The notes: generated by a model from the sequence alone, not told the origin. DNA of 64,000 bases from Eledone cirrhosa (GCA_964016885.1 OZ024761.1:1178001-1242000); one strand, 5' to 3'; counted from the first letter of the stretch, positions 12,190-26,302 are shown. Program-made: numbers and translations.

Positions 12190-12872
12190 ATAAACGGAAA
12201 AAATGAAACGAAATTTCATTTCTCACTCTTAGTACGGCTGTTACTTAAATATAAGTATGTATACGTATATACATATATGTATACAGACGTACAGTAGTAT
12301 GTATATATATATATATATATATATACATACACGCACACATATATATATGTACGTATGGATTCACCGAACATTTATTATAATGCTCGGTGTGTTTGCAAAC
12401 AAACATCCCGTATTAAGCCGTACAGTGTCTAGCAACCATCGTTGCTCATTTGTTCAACACTGACAAAGGAACGCTGTACTAGTTTCAAGCTTATTAGCTA
12501 TCGTCAGCAACGTTTACCTTCCTGCCAGATGGTTGAACGTCTGAAAGTATATACTTTCCTTATGCATATTAACGGCTGAGCAGCCTAATTTGCATATCGA
12601 GTGAGTTAATCGGCCGGGGTACCGAAAACGATAAACGGAAAAAATGAAACGAAATTTCATTTCTCACTCTTAGTACGGCTGTTACTTAAATATAAGTATG
12701 TATACGTACATACATATATGTATACAGACGTACAGTAGTATGTATATATATATACATACATGCACACATATATATATATGTACGCATGGATTCACGGAAC
12801 ATTTATTATAATGCTCGGTGTGTTTGCAAACCAACATCCCGAATTAAGCCGTACAGTGTCTAGCAACCATCT
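12190..12872 (-). mobile_element. Partial-tandem Penelope-like terminal repeat
   Basis: 12190-12440 is repeated at 12632-12870 (period ~442). Carries a hammerhead. Another copy at 22203-22690. Confidence 0.7.
12470..12514 (-). ncRNA. Minimal type-I hammerhead ribozyme
   Basis: aacgttg-CTGACGA-t-agct-aata-agct-t-GAAA-CTAG-TA-cagcgtt. 7-bp stem I, palindromic CTAG stem III, GUA triplet. Confidence 0.85.
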
Positions 12873-12948
12873 ATATATTTATTAAAATAACAGATTAAAG
12901 TTTAAGCAAAGAATCGCTGATTTCACCCTTAACGGGATCTTCTGAAAC

Positions 12949-13022
<74 letters not shown>

Positions 13023-13449
13023 TATACAGCCGTTATCTTACGAACGAGAGATATATTTGCTGATCACTGGAAACATCTATTTATTCAAATTTCTATAAAA
13101 CTGCAGTCCTTTAACGTTCAGTAATGTGTTCCTCAGAAGCATGCGCCTACGGCGACTGCCTAGTTGATGTTAATGGAAACGTCGGACCTGACAGTACAGC
13201 TGTCAAGAGAGAATCTGGAACTGAAACGCTGTCTTGTTAAAATAAAGAAATCATTATTATTAAATAAAGAAATCGTTATTATGTGAAACAAGGTTGTCTC
13301 CCCTTGAGAAAACTGTTCTTCATTAGCTGGGAATTACCGCCCTTTATTTTGTGCTCGTGGAACAGGAGTATTCTAATAGAGTTTGGGGTGAGGGGGACGT
13401 TATTTACTACTTTATTTATGTTGTTTATATTTATTATATATTATAAAAG

Positions 13450-13848
13450 AGCGGTGGATTGGAAGTATCGGTCGGGATTCGGACTCCATGCTTTGCAGCA
13501 TAGAGTTACGGCCCTTTATGATATGAGTTCAAATCCCGCTGAGGATAACTTTGCCTTTCATCCTTACGGGGTCGATAAAATAAAGTACCAGTAATACACT
13601 GGCGTCGATTTAATCGACTTTCCCCTTCCCCAAAACTGATGGCCTTGTGCCTATATAAGAAACCATTATATGCAGTATCGATAGAGGGTCGGACGCCATG
13701 CTTTCGAGCATAGTTACGTCTTTTTACGATCTGAGTTCAAATCCCGCCGAGGTTGACTTTTCCTTTCATCCTTACGGGGTCGATAAAATAAAGTACCAGT
13801 AATGCACTGGTTAATTGCTGGCCTTGTGCCTAAAGTAGAAACAATTAT
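13450..13848 (+). mobile_element. Two tandem SINE family A copies
   Basis: Two A/B-box plus central-block units at ~13450-13668 and ~13672-13848. Confidence 0.85.
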
Positions 13849-14074
13849 ATATTATAGAATAACATGGGACGTATAATTGATGGGACATTTGTATACATAC
13901 TTGTCTCTCTCTCTCTCTCTCTATATATATATACATATATATATACATATATATATATACATATATATATATCGACAGTCGATCGACTTTCGTCAAATCG
14001 GACCGAGGAAACAATGTTTCCATCGGTCTTTCCAATTGCTAATACTATCTATCGGTCGCAACTCCAGGTAGAAG

Positions 14075-14192
14075 CAGCAAAGTGAAATAAAATGTCTTGC
14101 TCAAGGACATAACGCATCGTCTGGCGCGGGAATTGAACTCACAACTTCACAATTGCGAATTCAATTCTCTAACCACTCAGCCACGCGCCTTC
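14075..14192 (-). mobile_element. SINE family B, 5' part
   Basis: Minus strand reads ggcgcgtggctgagtggttagag ... gagttcaattccc ... ccttgagcaagaca. Confidence 0.65.
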
Positions 14193-14223
14193 ATATATAT
14201 ATAGATAAATGGATAGATATATA

Positions 14224-14321
14224 CAGGGTGTCGAAAAAATGTATACACACTTCAACAGCATTCTAATAAATATTACCTGTACAGGTAATCAAAGTGTGTA
14301 TACATGTTTTGGGACACCTTG
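14224..14321. mobile_element. Tc1/mariner-like MITE (98 bp)
   Basis: TIRs CAGGGTGTC-AAAA-ATGTATACACACTT with TA on both sides. Second copy at 31653-31750. Confidence 0.7.
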
Positions 14322-14341
14322 TATATATGTATCTATGTCTG

Positions 14342-14396
<55 letters not shown>

Positions 14397-14465
14397 CTAT
14401 GTATGTATATATATATATGTGTGTGTGTGTATGTATGTATGTGTATATATATATGTATTTATGTT

Positions 14466-14521
<56 letters not shown>

Positions 14522-14637
14522 TGTATATATATGTATAAATGTATCTATGTTTATGTATAAATGTATATATATGTATATATGTATCTATGTGTGTGTGCGT
14601 ATATATATACGTATATATGTATCTATGTATGTGTATG

Positions 14638-14677
<40 letters not shown>

Positions 14678-14744
14678 TGGGATAACAAGTTATCGTTATA
14701 TATATAATCATCATCATTTTACGTCCGCTTTTCCCTGCTTGCAT

Positions 14745-14815
<71 letters not shown>

Positions 14816-14835
14816 ATATGAATGTATGCATGTAT

Positions 14836-14912
<77 letters not shown>

Positions 14913-14926
14913 ATATGAATGTATGC

Positions 14927-14982
<56 letters not shown>

Positions 14983-15394
14983 CGTTTCTGAATATGTTTA
15001 GCAAGATTCTTTATCTGAAAACGTGTGTTGAAACCGATATTGTTATACTTTGGGAGGGTCATGTTGCCAATAAGAAACACACGCACCATTTGTTTTCACT
15101 TCAATTTATTATAATAAATTTATAAATTTAGGAATTTATAAATTCCCGGTTGGTTGGTTGGTTCCACAACCATTTGGTTGTTTATATATATATTGTCAAA
15201 GTTCTTTCGTCACACATTCTGTGACCTCTTCAGTGACTAGGGATTATTTTCTTTGTTTTTTTTAGCCTCTCCTTTGTTCTGTTCTACGCCATCTTGTTTT
15301 TGTGTGTGTGTTGTGACACAACACACACACAAAAACAAGATGGCGACATGTAGGGGACAATATAATGAAATGAAATGAAATATATATATATATA

Positions 15395-15434
<40 letters not shown>

Positions 15435-15753
15435 CACACACACACACACATATATATATATAACTTTGATAGCTTTCGGCCAGTATTGGCCCAGGCCATA
15501 GGTTCTAGTGTTTAACTGGGTGTGTCTATTTCGTATGTATATATGTGTGTGTCTGTGTGTATATGTTTCTATGTGTATGTCTGCGTACTCTCTCTATGTT
15601 TAAGAAGTTATTTTCATCTTAAGTTAATTCTCTAAACCCAATTCATTTCCTCACTTTTACCCCACTCTCCCCCTCTCTCTTCTCTCCTCTCTCTCTTACT
15701 CTCCCCGCTTTCCCTTAGCTTCTTCTCTCCCTCTCTCACTCTCTCTCTCTCTA

Positions 15754-15794
<41 letters not shown>

Positions 15795-15879
15795 TCTCTT
15801 CTATGTCATTCTCAATGTGTCACGTTTAACATAAAAGTTTTTTTTTACGTTTTCCTCGTTCTTGTTCTTCTTGTTCTTC

Positions 15880-17000
15880 TTGTTGCTGTAGTAGTAGTAG
15901 TAGTAGTAGTTGTTGGTGTTGTTGTTGTTGTTATCTATGTTGTTGGTGGTCTTCTCCTTCTTCTTTTTCTTCTTCTTCTTCTTCTTCTTCTTCTTCTTCT
16001 TCTTCTTCTTCTTCTTCTTCTTCTGTTGTTATTGTTGCCACCTCCATTATTCTGACAATCCTCCTTACAACAAAGGAATTCCCAAACTTCCATCTAGTTT
16101 CTTTTATTTCCCCCCTCCGCTCTCCCTTCCGCTCCCAACCCACCTCACCAGCCTGAGATTTGGTACTGTTGGTGTTGTCGTTGTTGGTGCTTGTGTTGTT
16201 GTTGGTGTTGATGGTGTTGTTGGTGTTGGTGTTGTTGTTGTTGTTGTTGTTGTTGGTGCTTGTGTTGTTGTTGTTGTTGGTGTTGTTATTGTTGTTTTTG
16301 GTGTTGTTATTGTTGTTTTTGGTGGTGGTGTTGGTGCTTGTTGTTGGTGGTGTTTTTGTTGGTGGTGTTGTTGGTGTTGTTATTGTTGTTGTTGGTGTTG
16401 TTGTTGGTGTGGTTGTTGTTGTTGTTGTTGTTGTTGGTGGTGGTGGTTGTGTTGCTGTTGTTGTTGGTGGTGGTGGTGTTGTTGTTGTTTTTGTTGTTGT
16501 TGTTGGTGCTTGTGTTGTTGTTGTTGTTGTTGTTGGTGGTGCTTGTGTTGTTGTTGTTGGTGTTGGTGGTGGTGTTGTTGTTGGTGCTTGTGTTGTTGTT
16601 GGTGTTGTTGGTGTTGGTGTTGTTGTTGTTGTTGGTGTTGGTGGTGTTGTTGTTGGTACTGTTGTTGTTGGTGCTTGTGTTGTTGTTGTTGGTGGTGTTG
16701 TTGTTGGTGGTGTAGGTGTTGGTGCTTGTGTTGTTGTTGGTGGTGTTGCTGGTGTTGGTGCTTGTGTTGTTGTTGTTGGTGGTGTTGTTGGTGTTGGTGC
16801 TTGTGTTGTTGTTGTTGGTGGTGTTGGTGTTGGTGCTTGTGTTGTTGGTGGTATTGTTGTTGTTGGTGGTGTTGGTGTTGGTGCTTGTGTTGTTGTTGGT
16901 GGTGTTGTTGTTGTTGGTGGTGTTGGTGGTGTTGTTATTGTTGGTGGTGTTGTTGTTGTTGGTGGTGGTGTTGATGCTTGTGTTGTTGTTGGTGATGATG
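15880..17000. repeat. (GTT/GGT)n and (CTT)n low-complexity tract
   Basis: Direct reading. Confidence 0.9.
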
Positions 17001-17139
17001 GTTGTCTATGGTGAGGCCTTTTGTATTGTTAGACTTGCTTTAGTTGGGGCGATGTTGTTGTGGTGAAGGTGGTGGCTGGCATGGATGATATCACCCCTCT
17101 CCTACAAAAGGCCATATGGGGCATACATGACTCAGCACT

Positions 17140-18900
17140 ACCCACCACCACCACCTACCATTCCTTCCCGATGACAACACCCACCGCCACTACCATCACC
17201 ACTACCACCACCTACCATTCCTTCCTGATGACAATACCCACCGCCACCACCATCACCACCACTACCACCACCTACCATTCCTTCCTGATGACAACACCCA
17301 CCACCACTACCACCACCTACCATTCCTTCCCGATGACAACACCCACCGCCACTACCATCACCACCACTACCACCACCTACCATTCCTTCCTGATGACAAC
17401 ACCCACCGCCACCACCATCACCACCACTACCACCACCTACCATTCCTTCCTGATGACAACACCCACCGCCACCACCATCACCACCACTACCACCACCTAC
17501 CATTCCTTCCTGATGACAACACCCACCGCCACTACCATCACCACCACTACCACCACCTACCATTCCTTCCTGATGACAACACCCACCGCCACTACCATCA
17601 CCACCACAACCACCACCTACCATTCCTTCCCGATGACAACACCCACCGCCACTACCATCACCACCACTACCACCACCTACCATTCCTTCCCGATGACAAC
17701 ACCCACCGCCACTACCACCACCTACCATTCCTTCCCGATGACAACACCCACCGCCACTACCATCACCACCACAACCACCACCACCACTACCACCACCTAC
17801 CATTCCTTCCCGATGACAACACCCACCGCCACTACCATCACCACCACAACCACCACCTACCATTCCTTCCTGATGACAACACCCACCGCCACTACCATCA
17901 CCACCACAACCACCACCTACCATTCCTTCCTGATGGCAACACCCACCACCACTACCACCACCTACCATTCCTTCCTGATGACAACACCCACCGCCACCAC
18001 CATCACCACCACCATCACCACCTACCATTCCTTCCTGATGACAACACCCACCGCCACTACCATCACCACCACTACCACCACCTACCATTCCTTCCCGATG
18101 ACAACACCCACCGCCACTACCATCACCACCACTACCACCACCTACCATTCCTACCCGATGACAACACCCACCGCCACTACCATCACCACCACCATCACCA
18201 CCTACCATTCCTTCCTGATGACAACACCCACCGCCACTACCATCACCACCACCACCACCACCTACCATTCCTACCCGATGACAACACCCACCGCCACTAC
18301 CATCACCACCACAACCACCACCTACCATTCCTTCCTGATGGCAACACCCACCACCACTACCACCACCTACCATTCCTTCCTGATGACAACACCCACCGCC
18401 ACCACCATCACCACCACCATCACCACCTACCATTCCTTCCTGATGACAACACCCACCGCCACTACCATCACCACCACCACCACCACCTACCATTCCTTCC
18501 CGATGACAACACCCACCGCCACTACCATCACCACCACTACCACCACCTACCATTCCTTCCTGATGACAACACCCACCGCCACTACCATCACCACCACTAC
18601 CACCACCTACCATTCCTACCCGATGACAACACCCACCGCCACTACCATCACCACCACCACCACCACCTACCATTCCTTCCCGATGACAACACCCACCGCC
18701 ACTACCATCACCACCACTACCACCACCTACCATTCCTTCCCCCCCGATGACAACACCCACCGCCACTACCATCACCGCCACTACCACCACCTACCATTCC
18801 TTCCCCCCCCGATGACAACACCCACCGCCACTACCATCACCAGCACTACCACCACCTACCATTCCTTCCCCCCCCCGATGACAACACCCACCGCCATCAC
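17140..18900. repeat. 60-bp C/A-rich minisatellite (about 30 units)
   Basis: Unit acccaccgccactaccatcaccaccactaccaccacctaccattccttcc(t/c)gatgacaac. Confidence 0.92.
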
Positions 18901-19231
18901 CATCACCAACACCACCTCCAAATCCACCACCACCACCACCACCATCACCACCACCATCACCAACACCACCAACACCATCACATCCACCACCACCACCACC
19001 AACACCACCACCAAATCCACCACCAACACCACCAACACCATCACATCCACCACCAACACAACAAACAAACGGCACTAACAAACAGATATACAAAGATTGG
19101 GACAGACAGATGGGTAGGTAAATAGTTGTATAGTGCCGTTGTATGTGTGTGTGTATATATATATATGTGTGTGTGTGTATGTGTTTGTGTATGCATGTAT
19201 ATATGTGTGTGTATTTATATATATATATATT

Positions 19232-19262
<31 letters not shown>

Positions 19263-19654
19263 TCATGTATCTACACACATAATGGCAGATATATATACAG
19301 ATACATACATACATATATACATACACACACATATATACATACACACACACACATACATATATGCATATATATATATATGTATATATATATATATGTATAT
19401 ATATATGTATATATATATATATATAAAATCATATATATATACACATAAACACACATATAAACATATATATACACATACACACATGTATATCATATATTTA
19501 TATACACATACATATATACATACACACATATATATATATATATACATATATACATATATACATACATGCATACATATATATAGATACATTATATATATAT
19601 ATATATACATTATATATAGAGATATATATGGCTCTGTCTAGTTTATGTATAAAC

Positions 19655-19685
<31 letters not shown>

Positions 19686-20699
19686 GAGAGAGAGATACAT
19701 TATATATACACACATATGTACACACATATGTACACACATATGTACACACATATGTACACACATATATACAGACATATATACACACATATGTACACACATA
19801 TGTACACACATATGTATGTATGTATATTGAGAGAGAGAAAGAGAGAGAGAGATAAGTGCCATGTGTTGACAAGATATGTGAGGTGGAAGTGCAAGAGTAT
19901 AAAAAGAACTGCTTCAGGTAATGGGTGGTACAGGTGTGCAAATGTTTGGAATGTTGGGCTAGATTAGATGTTTTGTGGACAGTAGGAGTTGGCAGGGAGG
20001 GAGGGATATATATATATATATCATCATCATCATCATGAGAGAGAGAAAAAGAGAGAGAGATAGGGAGCTAAAGAGATACATGTGTTTTCTCTTTCTCTTA
20101 ATTTCGAGTATATTTTTTTGACCGGCCACCTTCCTGGTGGCAAGGTTGTAAAAGAAAAGAAATTGTCATCTCTTGAATCGCAAGAATGTTTTGCATATTT
20201 TGAAGGTGCCAGCTATGTGTGTATGTGTGTATGTATGTATGTATGTATGTATATATGTATATATATATATATATGCGTGTGTGTATGTATATATATATAT
20301 ACATGTATATATATATGTATGTGTGTAATGTATGTATATGTGTGTGTTTGTATGTATGTATGTATGTATATATATGTGTAATGTATGTATGTATTGTGTA
20401 TGTATGTATGTATGTATGTATATATATATGTGTAATTTATGTATGTATGTATTGTGTATGTATGTATGTATGTATATATGTATGTGTATGTGTGTATACA
20501 GATGTGTATTGTAGAAAAAGCTTCAGGGTATAAAAAAAACATGTCAGAACAATACATAAAAATGAAACAAAATAAGAAAATGTCTGAAAGGTGGGGTGAT
20601 GGGGTGGTGGTTAGTGATGGGGGTAGATGATGGGGGTTGAGTAGTGGCTATTGAGGGTGAGTGGTGATGGTATGTGAGTGGCAGTAGGAGATGATGGTG

Positions 20700-21060
20700 T
20701 GTGACATAGTAATGAGTGACCGAGGGTATGTGAGTCACTGAAGGTATTTGAGTGAGGGTGAGTGACCAAGGGTATGTGAGTGAGGGTGAGTGATCAAAGG
20801 TATTTGAGTGAGGGTGAGTGATGGTGAGTGATTGGAGGTATGTGAGTGACCAAGTGTATGTGAGTAAGGGTGGGTGACCAAAGGTAGTTGAGTGAGAGTG
20901 AGTGATGGTGAATGATTGGATGTATGTGAGTGACCAAGAGTATGTGAGTGATGGTGAGTGTTTGGAGATATGTGAGTGACCAAGAGTATGTGAGTGATTG
21001 GAGATATGTGAGTGAAAGTGAGTGACCAAGTGTATGTGAGTGAGAGTGAGTGATGAAGGT
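20700..21060. repeat. Degenerate GTGA-rich minisatellite
   Basis: Recurrent tatgtgagtgaccaag. Confidence 0.7.
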
Positions 21061-22149
21061 TTTGTCACTCATCTTAAAAGATTGCAAGCAACTCTTCCAT
21101 GTGTTCATTTGTGTTGATGTGACATTTCTTACCTGGCAGGTCTGAAGGAAGGGACAGTGCCATAGCCTTCACTAGATCTGAAGGAAGGGACAGTGTCCTT
21201 GACCTTCAATAAATCTGGATGAAGGGATAGCTATTTTCCTTTTTTTAAATCTCTTTTTATACACAGCTCACTGGTTGATACCTAAAATTCCCAATTTCAC
21301 CAGTTTGTGTCTGGCTCAGAGGTGGATAGGCCAATGTAGTAGTGGTAGAAAAGGCAGAAGGAGGAGGCATCACTTCTGTGGGTCAGAGGATAAGTATAGT
21401 ACATCACTTTAACCATATTGATACAAACTTGTTCAAATATTACAAATGAAGGCTTCCAGGGTTAAACAAATTTCTTATACTCTCTGATTGGTTTATGTCA
21501 TTGGACTGAAGCCAGTCTGGAGCACCGCCTTGAAGGGAGGAAGATTATCAGATGAACACTCACACATACACACAGGCAAACTCACACACATACACAGATT
21601 CACATGCAGACACTCCTATACACTCACACAGAAATACACACACAGAGGGCAAACTTACACAGATTCACACCACCACCACCACCACCACCACCATCACCAC
21701 TACCATAAACACCAACAACTCATTCAAAATCCTATCTTGCTACAAACATACCTGCAAATACAGATACACATATACACAGACGCCCTCCCACACCATTATT
21801 AAACACACACACACACACACACACATGCACTCACTCACACCACGGAGCATATTGTGAAATATAATGAGAAGAAGGATGAATTTTCTGACATACAGACATA
21901 CGTCAATGTTAAGTATAACAACGTCAACAGGTAGTGGTTGTCTGCCCCTTTCTTTCTCTCTCTCTTGAATCAAAGCCGTCATGGCTAAATGGCCGCCACA
22001 TATGTAATCAATTGTTCTCATTGAATTATCAACGTCTTACCAGGTTCAGTCTTGATTTTATTGAGTACAGGTTATGGGTGTGGTCACTAACAACATGCAA
22101 GCATTCTGACAAAGGTTAAAAAAATAAACATCATGTATGTATGTATGTG

Positions 22150-22202
<53 letters not shown>

Positions 22203-22208
<6 letters not shown>

Positions 22209-22690
22209 GGAAAAAATGAAACAAAATTTCATTTCCCACTCTTAGTACGGCTGTTACTTAAATATAAGTATGTACACGTACATACATATATGTATACAGA
22301 CGTACAGTAGTATGTATATATATATATACATACATGCACACACATATATATATATGTACGTATGGATTCACCGAACATTTATTATAATACTCGGTGTGTT
22401 TGTAAACAAACATCCCGAATTAAGCCGTACAGTGTCTAGCAACCATCGTTGCTCATTTGTTCAACACTGACAAAGGAACGCTGTAGTAGTTTCAAGCTTA
22501 TTAGCTATCGTCAGCAACGTATACCTTCCTGCCAGATTGTTGAATGTATATACTTACCTTATGCATATTAACGGCTGAGTAGCCCAATTTGCATATCGAG
22601 TGGGTTAATCGGCCGGGTGCACCGAAAATTTAACGGTCGTAAATACCTGGATAAAATTCTTTTTTTTAATGCTTACCTGTGTTTTCTCTT
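22203..22690 (-). mobile_element. Penelope-like terminal-repeat copy (family of 12190-12872)
   Basis: Near-identical to 12190-12630. Flanked by (TA)n. Confidence 0.7.
22477..22520 (-). ncRNA. Minimal hammerhead, stem III point mutant
   Basis: As 12470-12514 but GAAA-CTAC-TA, which breaks the CTAG palindrome. Confidence 0.6.
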
Positions 22691-22708
22691 TCATCCTATA
22701 TATATATA

Positions 22709-22844
22709 TAGAAGTGGTTACACAACAGTTAGTTCACCATACCGAGAACAATTGTTTCACCTTAGCGGATCCTCAGCTCGTAATCCGCTAAGGTGAAACA
22801 ATTGTTCTTGGTATCGTGAACTAACTGTTGTGTAGCCACTTCTA
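22709..22844. mobile_element. Fold-back hammerhead cassette
   Basis: ~62-bp inverted arms (22709-22770 / 22783-22844) adjacent to (TA)n. Confidence 0.7.
22743..22780 (-). ncRNA. Minimal type-I hammerhead ribozyme (38 nt)
   Basis: cgag-CTGAGGA-t-cc-gctaa-gg-t-GAAA-CAATTG-TT-ctcg. Confidence 0.8.
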
Positions 22845-22907
22845 CCTAACTCGTCCCATGGACTGAGTGCTCTACCACTACAGATATTACCTTCCAGTGT
22901 TCTACCA

Positions 22908-22963
<56 letters not shown>

Positions 22964-22967
22964 TTAC

Positions 22968-23056
<89 letters not shown>

Positions 23057-23134
23057 TATATATATATATATGTTTATATATATGTATATGTATGTATGTA
23101 TGACATATGTGTCATATATATATGTATGTATGGT

Positions 23135-23418
23135 GAAGGCACATGGCTTAGTGGTTAGAGCATAAGGCTTGCAATCGAAAGGTTGTGAGTTTCTTGGACC
23201 GGGTGATGTGTTGTTTTCTTGAGCAAGACACTTTATTTCACATTGCTCCAGTTTACTCAGCTGAAAATGAGTACCAGCAATAGCTGGAGGTTTAACCCTG
23301 CGATGGACTGGCGTCCTGTCCAGGTGGGGGGTCTTGTACTCTCACTCGCTTCACGCCATGAAACCGGGATAAGCACCGGCCAAATGAGCCTTCTGGCTTG
23401 AGGCAGATTTTAGACTTT
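23135..23418 (+). mobile_element. SINE family B, near full length
   Basis: A box tggcttagtgg and body ttcttgagcaagacactttatttcac ... aaccctgcgatggactggcgtcc. Confidence 0.8.
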
Positions 23419-23587
23419 TTAGATGTATGTATGACATATATATATATATATTTATGTATACAAGAGTGTTGTTTATCTTAGTTGTTACATAGTAACTTCC
23501 TGATGACAAGCAGGTTCAAGCGATCCAGTCAGTAGTTTATCCCAGCTAGGTGATATTCAGTGACGGAGTATTCATTTATCAAATAAT

Positions 23588-23972
23588 TGTTTCTACTTTA
23601 GGCACAAGGCCAGCAATTACCCAGTGCATTACTGGTACTTTATTTTATCGACCCTGTAAGGATGAAAGGCAAAGTCAACCTCGGCGGGATTTGAACTCAG
23701 ATCGTAAAGGGACGTAACTATGCTGGAAAGCATGGTGTCCGACCCTCCACCGATACTGCCAATCCACCGCCCTTTATCAAATAATTGTTTCTACTATTGG
23801 CACAAGGCCAGAAATTACCCAGTACATTACTGGTACTTTATTTTATCGACCCCGTAAGGATGAAAGGCAAAGTTAACCTCGGCGGGATTTGAACTCAGAA
23901 TGGCAAGGGCCGTAACTTTATGCGTCAAAGCATGGCGTCCGACCCTCTACCGATACTGCCAATCCACCGCCC
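23588..23972 (-). mobile_element. Two tandem SINE family A copies sharing a triplicated TSD
   Basis: tttatcaaataat at 23575, 23773 and 23973. Confidence 0.9.
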
Positions 23973-24024
23973 TTTATCAAATAATGGTAGTTAAGATAGG
24001 TTTAAATCACCATAATTGTTTATT

Positions 24025-24075
24025 GCATTATATATATTTCTGTTACATGGTTATACATGTGACTTCGTCAGATGC
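24025..24075 (-). ncRNA. Minimal type-I hammerhead ribozyme
   Basis: gcat-CTGACGA-a-gtcacatg-tataac-catgtaac-a-GAAA-TATATA-TA-atgc, followed by AATAAA. Confidence 0.82.
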
Positions 24076-24284
24076 TTACACAATCATTGTGATATGCGGG
24101 TGGCCATGCACATCCATCCTATGGTGAAGTAGATCGGCAACAACACTACCACCATAACCTGGTAATAAATAAATAAAGACTCTAGTTTATGTGTACACAC
24201 CCTAACTAAATAAATACTTCAACACTAGTTCAGACAGTCAATAGAGATAACTAACTGTATATTCCTATTGTCATTGTCATATAG

Positions 24285-24490
24285 CATCATCATCATTTTA
24301 CGTCCGCTTTTCTCTGCTTGCAAGGGTGGAACGGGAACTGATTCTGGCTTGATTTCTACAGCTGGATGCCCTTCCTAACACCAACCTCATTTACAGTGAG
24401 TGCTGGGTGCTTTTTTTTCCGTGGCGCCTACACGTCCACTTTACAGCGTGGGCTGGGTACTTTTTTTACCGTGGCACCTCCACGACCACT
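24285..24490 (-). mobile_element. RTE LINE 3' UTR fragment
   Basis: Similar to 41111-41370 (gctggatgcccttcctaacaccaacc) with a (CAT)n tail. Confidence 0.6.
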
Positions 24491-24534
24491 TTGGAGTGGA
24501 ATGATGGGGACCCGAGTCCCTATCATCTTATTTC

Positions 24535-24670
24535 TACAGCTGAGTAAACTGGAGCAATGTGAAATAAAGTGTCTTGCTCAAGGAAACAACACATCACCTG
24601 GTCTGAGAATTGAACTCACAACCTTTTGATTGCAAGGCCAATGTTCTAACCACTAAGCCATGTGCCTCCA
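24535..24670 (-). mobile_element. SINE family B, 5' part
   Basis: Reverse complement of 23135-23265. Confidence 0.75.
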
Positions 24671-26099
24671 TATATATATATTTATTTATTTATTTGCATT
24701 CCAGCTGAGGGGGCTGGGGCCATGCTGGAGTCATTGTCACTGAAGCTACACTTACTTGATGGTTGACATTTCACTGTAATGCAGTTGTGTTGAAGAACTC
24801 ATCTGGTTTACTTATTTGCATGTGACTCATTGGAGGTATGAAAACACATTTGTATTGTTCATTCAGTTCCTCACTTATCTCTTGGGGGCCTGCTCTTATG
24901 GAAAAGTGCTCCTATCCCATAGTGTGCCAAGGCAGTTTCTTTTGCAAATTTAAAGAAGGCCTTAAATACAGAGTGATTCAATCATGTAATAAACTTTCTC
25001 ACATTGCAATGGAACATATAAGTGAGATGCAACCATCTCAGCTATCTAAGCTCAGAATGTGACAACCTGTCTAACCCATGTCAACAAGGAAAATAGACAT
25101 TAATCAGTGATGATGAACATTTTAACCCTTTAGCATTTATAATACTCTATATTTACTATTATATTTTCATGGTAAAGGCTTTACCTCACATAATTATATC
25201 ACATAATATCAAATCTATGAGATTTTGATATTATTTATTTTGAGAACAATACCTTAACATCAGTATGAGTGGGTTAAAAGAATACAATAGGATACATAGA
25301 ATACTGCCTCAAGACGTTGTGTGCAACCCATGCCAGAAAGGAAAATGCAGCAGAACAGATATGTGAAAACCTTGAGCTATGAAGACACAGATGTTCATAT
25401 ACAGCTTTTGATCATAGTTTTGTCTGTTTGATAAGATCTGACCTGTGTGTAAACACTCAAGAACTTCTCTCCCCTGCTGTGAGAACTAGAAAAACACACG
25501 AAACATTACTCATCATTCAATGCAACCATGCTGCTAACTTTGTTGATAGTGAAGATAAGCTTATCAGTACGAACTGGGACATTTCATGTAAGAACCTTTG
25601 TTAAGTTACGCCCCAAACACCCCAAGCATAGTAATGAGAAAGTTAGCTGTTTTACAATGTCACTCTGAATTCTTGGTTATTTTGAAATGTATTTGAAAAT
25701 TATTGACAGTGATTTCATGAGAAATATGCTTCCTAATTGAGGCACAAGGCCAGCAATTTATGGGATGGGATTAGGCGATTATATCAACAGCACCCCCCCC
25801 CCACATACTTGATTGGTACTTTATTTTATCAACCATCTGTACATTGACTGGAATTTTATTTTATCAACCCCCAGTACTTGACTGGTTGTCCTCGTTATCG
25901 TTGTCTTCTTTTTCTTCTTTGCCTTCTTATTCTTCTTTTTCCTTTTCTTCTTCTTCTTCTTCTTCTTCTTCTTCTTCTTCTTCTTCTTCTTCTTCTTCTT
26001 CTTCTACAACACGAGTCCCAGACACCCTGAAAGAGATTACGAGCCCTGTTCTTCCCTATATCATGACTCCAAGAGACCCTGAAACGGGTCATCAGCCAT

Positions 26100-26302
26100 G
26101 CACTGGATTGGGCTGGGCTGAACTTGGCAGGATTGGGCTGGACAGGGCTGGATTTGACTGGACTGAGCGACTGGGCTGGACAGGGCTCTATTGGGCTGGA
26201 CTGGGCTGGACTGGGCTGGATTGGACAGAACTTGGCTGGATTGGGCTGGATTGGACTGTACTGAGCTGGACTGGACTGGGCTGGATTGGGCCGGACTGGG
26301 CT
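26100..26302. repeat. Pentanucleotide (GGCTG/GACTG/GATTG)n
   Basis: Direct reading. Confidence 0.8.

Noticed and set aside
12910-12948. CAGAAGA-t-ccc-gttaa-ggg-t-GAAA-tcagcga-tt on the minus strand
   Set aside because: Hammerhead-shaped, but the core has U4A and stem I is absent. Counted only as degenerate and not listed as a feature.
15010-15045. CTGAAAA...GAAACCGATA hammerhead-like words (similar partial words at ~13205-13235, ~15465-15500 and ~23500)
   Set aside because: Core and stems are incomplete and cannot be distinguished from chance.
17140-18900. Repeated CTGATGA in the 60-bp minisatellite
   Set aside because: No GAAA or pairing stems, so not a hammerhead.
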